Made by a program: the position numbers and the translations under genes
Shown: piece by piece, positions 24,382 through 35,637 of the stretch
How positions within the stretch are numbered: position 1 is the first letter of the stretch
Layout of the letters: every line of letters starts with the position of its first letter
Source of the DNA: Phaeosaccion multiseriatum
Taxonomy: Eukaryota; Protista; Ochrophyta, other classes
Assembly: GCA_965112735.1 (NCBI GenBank)
Contig: OZ218952.1
Span: 5,642,001-5,706,000 of the forward strand
Direction: 5' to 3'
DNA: 64,000 nucleotides
The notes under the pieces: generated by a model
What the model saw: the letters and a program-made list of their open reading frames with translations, nothing else
Told to the model about the DNA's origin: nothing
The model's database searches: none

Positions 24382-24783
24382 TCATCTTTCCCAGGGTGAC
24401 TTTGTCTTTGGTTTCTTCTTCACGGCCACTTCCTGTGTCTTCTCCTTCTTCTCCTCATACTTGCCGAGCTGAAACCTTGGGTGGTTATACGCGTCGGAAG
24501 TAGACACCACTGTCCGCAGTTTGTCCTTTCCTGGGAAGCGCAGGACGTATGTGGCCTGTCCATTGCTCCAAACCTGCATCCCCAGCAGCTGGCGAAGCGC
24601 ACCTTTCTTCACCCTTGACCTCCTCCCGCGCCCCAGATGAAGCTCGACTGATGCCTCTCCCTTGCATAGGCCATATCCATCCCATCCTCTTCCTTGCATA
24701 GCCCTCAACGAAGCAGGTGCCACTACCCCACCTTTCGGGCATCGGCACACCAGCTGAGCCGCTGCTCTCTCCAGCACAGACAT
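24382..24783 (-). CDS. small basic protein, possibly mitochondrial ribosomal protein bL31m-like (133 aa)
   Basis: Single ORF with presequence-like N-terminus. QVWSNGQATY...VSTSDAYNHPRF resembles the L31 pattern (V.SDG.T...D..NHP.W). Divergent from the next gene. Confidence 0.4.
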   Translation of the reverse strand: MSVLERAAAQLVCRCPKGGVVAPASLRAMQGRGWDGYGLCKGEASVELHLGRGRRSRVKKGALRQLLGMQVWSNGQATYVLRFPGKDKLRTVVSTSDAYNHPRFQLGKYEEKKEKTQEVAVKKKPKTKSPWER

Positions 24784-25141
24784 TCCTTCCACCAAATAAG
24801 GATGGACAAATGGAAGGGCCCTGGCCCAAGCAATAATTCGTTGACTTGTGCATCATTCCTTTGTTCCCTTTTGGCGCCTCCTCGGAAATCTTTTGACCAA
24901 CTCCATTTTTTGGTCTTCCAAACCTGGGCACAAACAACGTGTGCGCATTTATTTCCGCAGCAGCCAACTGCTGCACACACAAAGCACACAATGACATCTG
25001 CAATGACCATGCTGCTGATGCTGTGCACCGGCTCTCTGCTTGCGCCGCAGGTGAGTAAGCTAATCTATCTCCGCCTTTTAGTTTCGGCCCTCTTCCCATT
25101 ATGCACCTTCCCCCAAGGAATTTCTGTTCTTGCCACGAAGG

Positions 25142-27072
25142 ATGGAGACTCTCTTGCCGTCTTGCCTCCTTGTCTCATCAGCTGTCTGCTGGGTACTGCC
25201 AGTGGGGGCGGGGCGGCCTCGCTCGCTGCCCCCTTCTTGGCTGGTGCTCCAAAACCTCACCCCCTGTGCTTTGCCTGCCTTCGCACTCCTCTCTTGACGT
25301 TTTTCTCTCTCTCTTCAGCTCGCCTCGGCTGCTGGGGGTGTACATGAACAACGAGCTCTGCAGGAAGGAGCACTGGACTGCTCTGCACGCTGTCTGGACA
25401 TCAATCCCGCTGAGCCCTGCTTTGAGGATGCGTCGTGTGCGGGTGGGGGTGAGTAGTAGTAGGCATGTCGGCTCTTCTTTTAATAGAGGGGGGGGGGGGG
25501 GTGAAGGAACTGCCACCATTCAGCAATGCTCTCCCAGCGGTTCCTCGTTTACGCAGTAGTAGCTCCTAACAACCTTATTACCACAACCTGTTCTCGGCGC
25601 TCCTACCGCCCGCTGTTGACTGCTCTCCTCTCAGGCATCGGATGCAACGCTGCTGGTCTCGATCAAGCCTGCCGCTTCTGCTCCTTCGGGAGCTATGAGC
25701 CGTGCCCAGACGACTCATCCTCAACCGACCCTCCGACGTCTAATACTCCGGTGCCCGACACACCCTTGCCGACAAGCTCCCCAAGCACTACAGGAGGGCT
25801 CGATTCCTGCTCCGTCCGTTGCCTGGAAATCAATGCTTCTGAAACTTGCTTTCTCGACTCTTCGTGCCTGGACTGTACCAGCGACCCTAGCTCTTGTAAG
25901 TAGGAGAATTGTCAACTCTCCGCTCCGCTCCCCTGTCCTACTGTTCTCGCCCCACCACCAACCACCTCTCCTCGCCGAGTAGCTGTTCACCATCCTGACC
26001 CTCCTCCCTCCTCCCTCCCTCCTCTGCCACATCCTCCCGCCTCCTTCTCTCCTCTCCAAATGCGCCATAGGCAACGGATGCAACGCTGCTGGTCTCGGCC
26101 AGACTTGCCGCTTTTGCTCCTTCGGCCCCTATGACCCGTGCCCAGACGACTCATCTTCGGGTGACACCCCGACACCTAGTACTCCAGTGCCCAACACACC
26201 CACCACACCTCCTTCTCCTGCTGCACCGGCGCTCGATACGTACCCGCAGTGGCGCGAGGAAGTTGGGTACTGGCTGGGAGAGTACACCTTGTCCGGAGCT
26301 GACGGCGCTCCTTTCGAGTCGCCCAATTTCAACTACCCTTACGATTCCTACAAGGGATTCATCACTGGAAGCATCGCAGGGTACGTGCGGATTTCGTGTG
26401 TTGGGCTTGCTTGTTTTGTTCAATGGCAGATGTGTGTGTGGGTGGTGTGGGTGGTGTGGGTGCCCAAGCCTCTGGCTCTAACACAAGCTCTGTGTCCTTT
26501 GCTTGTTTTCATCCACCACCAGGCTGGCCTATCGTCAGCGGAACGTCTTTCTCTACCCACCTCAAACAGAAGAAGTTTGCGCTCAAGACTCATCAGTTAC
26601 CGGTGAAGGCACTTGCGGAGAGAATGGAAACTCTCGCATCTTCAGCGCCGACCAATCGGCCAGCGATGAAGACAGGGATGGCAGTCTAAGTGGGGCGCTC
26701 TTCGGAGGCGCCATTACAACCAAGACGACGCTTGTAGGAGACGATAATGCTCTCCTCTACCAAGTCTATGCTGGCGAGGACCTCATTCAGTCACAGCTGA
26801 CGACGCTCACCACGGAGGAAGAAGGCGCTCAGCCTCGCCGAACGCGTACTGCACAGTCTTTTACTGCCGGTGTGCCCACATCAGCAAGCTTTTATCGGGA
26901 GCGGCGTGTGTCTGAAACGGAGTTCTACGAGGAGCTCCGACAGACCCTGCTGGACTACAACATCCTCACCAGTGACGCTTGCACGACGGATGGGTTTGGG
27001 GGGGGGCCGACTGGCTATTCCGGCGGGTTTGAGGACTGCCAGACGCACCTGGAGGAAAGCTTTTCCCTTTAG
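25142..27072 (+). CDS. secreted protein with two Cys-rich modules, Pro/Thr linkers and a C-terminal domain of unknown function
   Basis: Exons 25142-25192, 25319-25448, 25635-25895, 26071-26380, 26523-27072. Signal peptide METLLPSCLLVSSAVCWLASA. Two CS.RC.....CF.D.SC...GCNAAGL.Q.CRFCSFG.Y.PCP modules. Confidence 0.82.
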
Positions 27073-27704
27073 CTGGCTGAGTGCTGATGCGTAGCAAAAT
27101 TTACCGCTCTCTCACATGCAAACAACATCGGGCTGTCACATAGGAGAGGGCACTCACCAACCCATAGGAAAGGGGAACTTCAAGATTAAAAGGAATCACC
27201 TAAGAAACTGAAAGTGTGATTGTGAGTGTGTGTGTGGCTGTGTGTGAAAGGGAATTCGTATATATTACATCCTTAAGTGCCATCTATGATTGCCAAAGAG
27301 GAAAGTCTCACCGCCCCGGAAATCTCCCCCCCCCCCAATCGTAGCCCTCTGACTCGTCAGTCCTCCCCATCGGAACAAAGTTGATACCAGCCAGGATTCT
27401 GTGGCGAATCGATCGTTCGTGTCGGGCCTGCTGGAGCGCCACGGTTGATGGAAGCATGTCCGGCGCCCCCGCCCCCCTAGTGAGATACACAACTGGCGAC
27501 GACTCCTGGAGCACCAACACGAATATACCGGCCCCTTCACAACGTTTGATCTTGAAGTATTAGATCAGAAAAATACCACCAGTAGGACACAAGTTCATCT
27601 CGGTGAACAGTAGAAGGAGGAGTGGGGTGCCAAAGCGTGGAGAGCCGAGAAAAAAAGAGGGAAACGGCATTTTTTTTTGAAGCGGGAAAAGGGTTGCGCA
27701 CCCA

Positions 27705-28638
27705 TGAAGCTTCACAAGGGCGTAGGGAAGTACGTGAATCCAGCTCTCGGAGGTGGGGGGGTCAAAGGAAAGGCTCATTCGGCGGGTGAATGTACGACCA
27801 AAGGTAGCAGCAGCAAGAAGATGAAGAGAAGCAAGCCCAGAGCAAGCAGCACCGGCACGGAAAAAAAGAAGGGAAAGAAGAAAGCAACGGCTTCTGATGA
27901 TCAGGTATGTGCGTAGAAGCAGCATGGCAAAGTGTCTTTACGTGCAGATTTCCATTCCCTCCTCCCCATCGCCCTCTCAGCCGCCCCCACGCTGGGATGC
28001 CTGTGTACTACCGCAGGTTGCAGCGCAGTTGCAGACCTTGGCAAAGACCAAGAAGCAGATTGACCACGTCAATGCCAAATTCCAGCAACTCTTCCCCGAC
28101 GAGGAAAACGGGGCTTGCCAACTCGCCCTCTACCGCGTCGCCGTGTCGGACTTCCTATGAGTGATGTGACCGTTAACACACGAACGGCTTGCAATAGAAT
28201 AGCGGCATGCTGCCTCGGCTCTGCAGAAAAAGCACAGCCATGGCATGATGTACTCCTTGAGGATTTGGCACATAGGATGGCTTGGCCCCTTTTGCTGGAT
28301 TGGAAGGATGGAAGGAAGCCGAAGGAGTGATGGGAGGGTTGAAAGTGAGGACATCCCCACGGACCCCCAACCCAAGGCCGTCACGGGTCAACATGTCACA
28401 GCAGTGGAAGACCAGGCTTTCGAGACTGCTGCTCCCTGAGGACCCCCCAGATGAAGGTTGCCCGGTGCTTCTCCTGCGATGGGCATCGGCGGAGGGCAGG
28501 GTGTCAAGAAGTGTGTTGGCCACTGCCCTGCTACCTCTCCACTCCATGACCCCAAAGGAAGGCACTGTTAGAGAAGGAGCGATCCGTCCGGCTTACACCA
28601 ATGGGGCGTGCGTTGGAAACTTTTTGACGCTGGAATGA
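27705..28638 (+). pseudogene. possible degraded gene (Lys-rich N-terminus, one intron, frameshifts)
   Basis: Exon 27705-27904, GT-AG intron 27905-28016, in-frame continuation to a stop at 28160. Coding-like sequence continues in shifted frames (28115-28330, 28282-28638). Confidence 0.35.
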
Positions 28639-29034
28639 AGTATACGGCACCTCCCGCCTCCCCGCATACAAACAAGACCAGATCCTATTTTTGCACTCCC
28701 ACAAGATGGATCAATCATCTAATCAATTACTTGGGTCATTTTGTACAGTCCTACCCCAACCCCATGTCGTCCCCAGGGCCCACTCCAAGTCCAATTTGGA
28801 GTGGCCCTGCGCGATGGTGGCCGATGGCGGCAGATGGTGGCAGATGGCTCGCAAGGCTCAGCCTCACGTACCCCGTCCCCCACCCCTCGACATTCTCTCT
28901 GCGTTCCCCTCCCCTCCCCTCCCAAAAAAGTGTTAGCACGTCAGATAAAACGGTGTCCTTCCGAGGACGATCCACCACGGCCACTGAAGCCAAACAAAGT
29001 GGACGAATCTTGCCTCTGCCCCCGCTCCCACTTG

Positions 29035-32000
29035 CTACTGCTGCTCCTCATTCTCCTGCCCTCCCGCCTCCCCTCTGGTCTGCCTCCCCCCCCCCCTGGG
29101 CTCCTGGTCGGTCAGCCCACCGTCCACGAGAACGGGAGGATGGGCGGCTTCCTCTGCTGCCTTGATGATTAGAGGCATGAGCACATCGTGATACGGAAAC
29201 CCCAACCCCCTTGCTCCTGCCGCCTCCCTCCCTCCCTCCCTCCGCCCTCGCCCCTGATAAGCGCGGGACCCTTGCTTGTGGCGCTTGTCCTTACCTCCCC
29301 CTCCCCCTCCCCCCGCCCCTGACCCTGCAGAGAGAGGCATGTCCACCATGAGAGCGGGCTCCACCAGCAGGGCCAGCGCAGCCTCGGACAGGCCCAAGCC
29401 GAGACTACGGATGACTAAAGTCAGCTTCTCTAAGGAGAGCACGCCTGTGCCTGTTTGAGGTAGGCGGAGGTAGGCAAGAGGCAGGCAAGCAAGCAGGGTA
29501 GTTGTGTATGTCAGTCATCAGCTCGGAGCTCAAAGCTCTGCAGATGGATTGGAGCCTGTGCCCCCCGTCTTTCCCACAGCCTTCACCACCGCCACCACCA
29601 CCACCACGACGAACCTTTGTTGCCATCCTCTCTGTCTCCGCTGCCGCTGCCCTTATTGCGCCCCTCCTCAAAGAAGCGAAACGCGTCGTACACTTCGGTG
29701 GGACAGAGCTGCTGCTGTTTCACCAACTGCTGCTGCTGCTGCTGCTGCTTCCCCTTTATCGCCAGCCCCTGTCCCTCCCTCTCCTCGAGACGTTTCAGCA
29801 CGAGGCGCTCCTTAAAGTAGAGCAGCACCTTCATCCCCATATCTCTCGCGAGCATGCCCACCACCATCTCCGCTGCCGCCGCCGCCTCAAAGCGCGAGTA
29901 CCCGCCCCCCACCAGGCACGACAGGGTGGTCATCCCGAAGCCGCTGCCGCTGTAGTCAGCCCCATGGCCGTCCACCAGGAAGATTACAGTCACCCTCGCC
30001 TCGCTGTGCACTTCAGCTAGCTTGAGCCAGGTGTGGCAGCCGGCCAGGTCCAGCCCCAGCCCGCCGAGAGTGCGCACGAGAGTGCGGATCAGCACCCCGT
30101 CTCCTCCTCCATCCCCACAGTCGGCGTCCGCAAAAGCAAAGGCCTCTCCATCCGCATCGTCGCCATCTGCATCATCACCATTCGTCATTCCGCCTAGCCT
30201 CGAGGAGGTGCCACCGCCGGAGCCAGCGCTGGGGTCTCCCCCGTCTGCCTCCGCGTCCCACTCCCCCCCCGGCAGCTGCAGATGGCGACTGCTGTCCTCC
30301 ACGAAGAAGCGCAGCCCCACCCCGACCTCCGACGTCTCGCGCGTTGGACTCAAGCCCGCGGGGAGGAGCACTCGGGCAAACCACCTCTTTCCCCCTCCAG
30401 GCCGGGTGTAGTCACGGGACGCATGGGAATCAGGATGGGTGCGCTTCCGCCGCTTCTCTCTTTGCTGCTCAAAGTAGCCGCCATTGCCATTAGCATAGCC
30501 ATTCCCACTGCCACTGATCAAATTACTGCTACTCCTTCCTGACGGCCCTGCTGCCGCAGCTCCACCTCCCTGGCTGATCTCCAGCGCCTGCAGCGACGGA
30601 GGCAGCAGACTGCTCATACCCTCCTCGTCGCCCTCGTCCCCCCCCTCCATCATACCCATCCCTAGGATGAGGCTATCATTCACGCCGAGCTCATACGCAT
30701 CACCACGGTCCTCCTCGTCCTCCTCGTCCTCCTCCCCCCCCTCAAAGCCAAACCCGTCCTCCTCGAGGCCCATCACTGCTTCGTCATGAGCCCTCCCCCC
30801 TCCCCGCCGCCGCCGCCGCCCTCGCTTGAGCGCCGCTTCGTCCAGCAAGAGGGAGGGGAGCAGGCCCTCCCCTCCCCCCAGGCCAGAGTATATGAGGGGT
30901 AGTACACCGAGCTCCACAGTGTCCAAGGCTGCCCAGCACGCGACGACGTGTGTAACCGTCCTATACCATTGTTCCATGACCAAAGAGCGAAAGAGAAAAC
31001 ATCCACGATAGGGTAAGGTAGGGTGGGGTAGAGTGGGGTGGGGTAGGATAGGGTAGGGTAGGGCAGGGTAGGGTAGGGTAGGGTAGGGTAGGGTAGGGTG
31101 GGGTAGGATAGGATAGGGTGGGGTAGGGTAGGGTAGGGTAGGGTAGGGTAGGGTACGGTAGAGGGAGAGAGGGTTCAGTGTCAGTAGTAAGAGAGGTAGG
31201 CGAGACTACTTGACTTGCTTGGCCAACCATAGAAAGGCCTGCCATGTAAGCCAACACCCCTCCTGGTGTTGGCCCGAGGTCGGCTGCATGACCCTCCCTC
31301 CATGGTCGTCCAATGGCACTCGGGACAAAGCGCAAGCTGAAACTGTTTGTGAAACCGAAATCCTACCTAGGGATACGGAGCCGCGGAAACGCCCACGCCA
31401 GCTCAGGCGCCAACCAACGAAGCCGATTGGCCACCACAGGCTCGAAGGGCAGGCCCGAGCCAGGCCGGATGCTCGGCCTGCTGGCGCTCGGTCTGTTGCT
31501 GGCAGATTTCCTCGTGGAGGACGAGGTCGAGGCAGGCGAGCGGTGAGACTCATTAGCCTGATCCGTTGTGTACTTGGGGGCTTGTCTGCTTTCGGCCCAT
31601 GGACATAGAGACATGTAGGGGAAAGGGTGGCAGGGGATAGCAGGGGAGGCAGTGCTTGTTCACCAAAGCAATCACAACAGCGACAGAGTGGACAACAAAA
31701 GCACCAGACAGTCAGCGAAGAGCGAAGGGAATGAAAGCAAGCGCACTACCAGAAATCAAATAGTGGCGTTGGAAGCAATCCGTCCTGCTCTTTACATACA
31801 TGGGTCGGTTACGTCAAGCCAAGCCAGAAACCTCCTTACCCTTACCTGTTGCCTCCCTTTCGCCGCCGCTTCACCGCCGCTCCACTCGGCCTCTTCAGCC
31901 TGACCTGTCCCTCCTCCTCCTCTTCATCCTCCTCCTCCCCCACCTCCCCCACCTCCCCCTCCTCTTCCTCCTCTTCCTCTTCCTCCACCTCTTTCCTGTA

Positions 32001-32556
32001 CTTGCATGCCTCATCACCGCCCTCCCGTGCGTCCCACTCCGCCTCAGTCCATTCCCGATGTCCGTTCCGCCGCTCGCGGTGTGCCTTCTCCCTGTACTTG
32101 ACTCCACCGCCCCCTTCCGGCTGAGAACGGCCGTGGCTGCCTCTGTTACTACTCTGCCTCATTGCCAAGGCGAAGTTAGACCTTCTCTCCTTCTCCTGCT
32201 GCTGCTGCTGCTGCTGTATCAGCAACTGCTGCTCTTGTCTCTGCCCACTGTGGGCATGGCGCTGACGCACGGTAGCACTAGACAGCGATCCCACCCCCAT
32301 GACACCAGACAACGAGCCCACCCCCGTTCCTGCAGTGCCTCCTCCTCCTCCTCCTCCTCCTCCTCCTCCTCCTCCTCCTCCTCCTCCTCCTCCTCCTCCT
32401 CTTCCTGCTGCTGCTGCTGCTCGAGGAGATCCTCCTCCTCCTCCTCCTCCCTGCTGAGCTGGATAGCGCCGCTGACCAAGGATGGCTTGTTGGGGGGCAG
32501 AGGGTTGGTGAGGCGGAGTCTGGCGAAAGTGGCGGCCACTCTGCTGCTGCTTCTGC

Positions 32557-32592
<36 letters not shown>

Positions 32593-33564
32593 GGTTGCCA
32601 GGATTGAGGCCCAAACATGCCTGCCTGATTCACCTGAGGGGGGCTGTACATATGAGGAGCGTGGCGCCTCCGATCGGAGGTGACGGAGAGAGGAGGATGG
32701 TCGTTCAGCTGCTGCTGTGCTGTACGGTGCTGGTTCGAGGGGGCTTCCCGCTTTTCCGGCGCAGGCATGGTGGACGAAGGGGTCAGAGTCGAAGATCCCT
32801 CTGCCCCTTGTCCAGCTGCTGCTGCTGTTGTTCCTGCTGCTGCCGCTGCTGCCGCTGCTGCTGCTGCTGCCGCGGCCGCTGCTGCCGCCGCTCGACGTGC
32901 CCGTGGGTCTAGCGGCCTCTTGACTTTGGCCTTTCCGGATGACGTTGTCCCTACTCCCCCACCTGCTGCTGCCACCGGGCCTGGGCCGTTTTGATCCCTT
33001 CTGGTCACGAGTACACGTAAACAGATGAGATGTTGCGGCGAGGCGGTGAGTGAGGGTGGGGAGGAGAGTTGGGCAGGGACAGAGGGGATGGTGAGGGGGA
33101 CACACGCCCCCGCACTGGCGGTGTACCAACAACCACAAACAACCAAAGGAACGAAAAGTGCCAACAACCACAAACACCCAAAAGAAGAACGAAAAGTGCC
33201 AACAACCACAAACAACCAAAGAACAAAAGTGCGAAGAGAACAAAGGAACAACAGGCCTCAGAGCGAGAGGGAAGGAATGGATGCTCGCTTGCATCGGATC
33301 GAAGGCACGCACCTCACGTCATCAGCATCGCCTTGGCCTTCTTTCAGCCCGCCCGCCCCCGCCGCAGGCCCCGGCCCTCCCATGAAGGCCTCCCCCTCCC
33401 CCTCCCCCTTTATGGCAGCCCCGCGGCCGCTCCCACTCGCCACAGCCGCCGCCGCCGCCGCCAGAGCCGTCTTGGTCACCGCCCCTGTGGCGATTGCCGT
33501 CGCGGCAGCCAGCGATGGCATTACTTTCCGTTCGGGCTCAAAGGTTCCCTGCGGCTGCGGGTGT

Positions 33565-33600
<36 letters not shown>

Positions 33601-33701
33601 GGAAGATGCGGGGCGTAATTAATGGTCGCTGGCCCGGCGGCAGGGGAGAGTTGTGGAGGAGGTGGATGCGTCTGCTGTGGAGGGTGGTGGGGCTGATGAT
33701 G

Positions 33702-33749
<48 letters not shown>

Positions 33750-34842
33750 TTGTTGTTGTTGTTGCTGTTGCTGTTGCTGCTGAATGTGGTGCTGCTGGCC
33801 CTGTTGGTGTTGGTGCTGCTGCTGCTGCTGGTGTGGCTGCTGGTGCTGCTGGTGCTGGTGCTGCTGCTGCTGCTCGTGATGATGCTGCTGGTGGTGGGCG
33901 TGGTGGGGATGAGAAAACTCTTGCCGAGGCGCATGTGGGTGCTCTAGCTGCGGTGGCTGCTGCTGCGGATGTGGTGGTTGTACATGCTGCTGGTGATGAT
34001 AGACCAGCGGTCTTTCAGATGGCACAGCCTCCTGTGCCTGAAAGGGTTGTTGCATCAAGGGTTGTCCCTGCTGCTGCTGCTGGTGGTGTGGCTGGGGCTG
34101 GTGCTGTTGCTGGTGGTGGTGTTGGTGCTGCTGGTGCTGCTGGTGCTGCTGGTGCTGCTGGTGCTGGGGCTGATGCTGCTGGTGCTGGTGCTGGTGCCGG
34201 TGCTGCTGTAGCGGTGGTTGTGGATGTGGTGGTGGCTGCAGCTGTGGCTGTGGCTGTATGACCAACTGCTGTGGCTGTGGCTGTACGACCAGCTGCAGTG
34301 GCTGTGGCTGTGGCTGAGGCTGAGGTTGTGGCTGAGCCTTGACAGGGTCTTTGGTAGGAGCTTTCGCAGACTTGGCCGTTGCCGCAGAGCCACGCGGCCC
34401 CTGCCACTTGCTTGTTGAGCGAGGGATTCCCTTCAGCTGCCGCCCGCCATCCGCCCGAGGCTGCTTCGTGCGAGGAATGCCTACCAGAGGCTTCACGGCC
34501 ACTACCGGCACCGCAGGCACAACCTTGGGTGAGGGAGGGCCTGTGATGACCGTTCCGAGCTCTCCCCAGGACGTGCTCGGCTTCGCTGCCGCTGGCGGCG
34601 GCGGCGGTAGCGGGGGGGGCTGCGGCTCTGATGGCGGTGGAGCGTTTCCGAGTTGAGGGTGCTGCTGCTGCGCGGGGTTCTGGTGGTGCTGGAGATGCGG
34701 GTGATGCGGGTGAGGGTGGGGGGGCCGTGGATGGGGTGGGGTTTGCTGTTGCTGCTGCAGGTGCTGAGGATGCTGCGGATGCTGGGGGTGTTGTGGTGGG
34801 GCAAACTGCGCATGAGGAGGGACTTGGGGCCGCGCTTGCTCA

Positions 34843-34881
<39 letters not shown>

Positions 34882-35130
34882 TGGCCGTGCTGGGGGTTTG
34901 GGTGGTGGTGCGGATCGAGCTGGTGCTGGTTGGGTAAGGTTGGAGGCTGTGCGGTCTGCTGGTGGGGGTGGTGGTGGTGGTGTTGCTGATGGAACTCTTG
35001 GGGACGACCATGCACGTAGTGCTGCGGCTGCTGCTGCTGTTGTTCGGGAAGGTGCGGGGCGTAATTAATGCCCGCCACTCCTGCTGCAGGGGAAGCCTGC
35101 TGTGGAGGGTGGTGGCTCTGCTGGTGTTGG

Positions 35131-35162
<32 letters not shown>

Positions 35163-35396
35163 CTGGTGCTGCGGCGGCTGGTGCTGATGGTGCTGCTGGT
35201 GATGCTGCTGATGGTGCTGCTGGTGGGCATTGTGGGGATGAGCTAAGTCTGGGGGAGGCGGGTGTGGGTGCTCCGGGGGACGCTGGTGCTGGTGCTGCTC
35301 AGGAGGAGGAGTAGGGTGCTGAAGGCCCGTCCCTGCTGCTGCAGCGACGTCTTGAGATCGAGGGGCGTGGGATCCCCATCGATTGCGCCTCCCCAT
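29035..35396 (-). CDS. CCAR1: CCAR1/CCAR2 (DBC1)-family protein with a very long Gln/His/Pro-rich N-terminus
   Basis: Exons 35396-33313, 33000-31846, 31585-31367, 30960-29615, 29450-29035. FPRLRIPRTVTHVVACW matches Y..LYIPSDF.....W. DBC1 domain: WFARVLL..LPGGEWDAEADGGDP..VLIRTLVR..GLDLAGCHTWLKLAEV..VTVIFL.D. Also FEAAAAAEMVVGMLARDMG and an EF-hand-like DAFRFF/GVLSLEKL..LGL.LS. Confidence 0.82.
31012..31155. repeat. (GGGTA)n pentamer satellite, intronic
   Basis: Tandem gggta units. Degenerate complementary copies (TACCC)n occur at ~40030-40200. Confidence 0.9.
33127..33232. repeat. intronic ~35-bp tandem repeat x3 (CAACAACCACAAACAACCAAAGAACGAAAAGTGC)
   Basis: Three imperfect direct copies. 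Confidence 0.85.
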
Positions 35397-35637
35397 CTGC
35401 CCTCCGCTCTACGATATCGCTCTACTATAAAGCTCGAAGATCCCTTTGATTTATTGAGGGGAAAGGTTGGTTCTCTACCCTCTCTTCACAGACGCCGATC
35501 AATTCGTGTAGCCTTACCAGCCTTTTAAAAAGCCTTTTTTCTTTTTTCTTTTTTTAACGGCAAGCTTTTCAATGACTCTATAACTGAAACCCAGAGCTCC
35601 AGCCTGACCACATCCCACACTCTCTCTGCTCTGAGCT

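Noticed and set aside
31337-31366. Apparent 30-nt mini-intron or TAG readthrough in CCAR1 (IPR*DF, mimicking IPSDF)
   Set aside because: A normal GT-AG intron 31366-30961 gives IPRTVTHVVACW, with the correct spacing to the conserved Trp.
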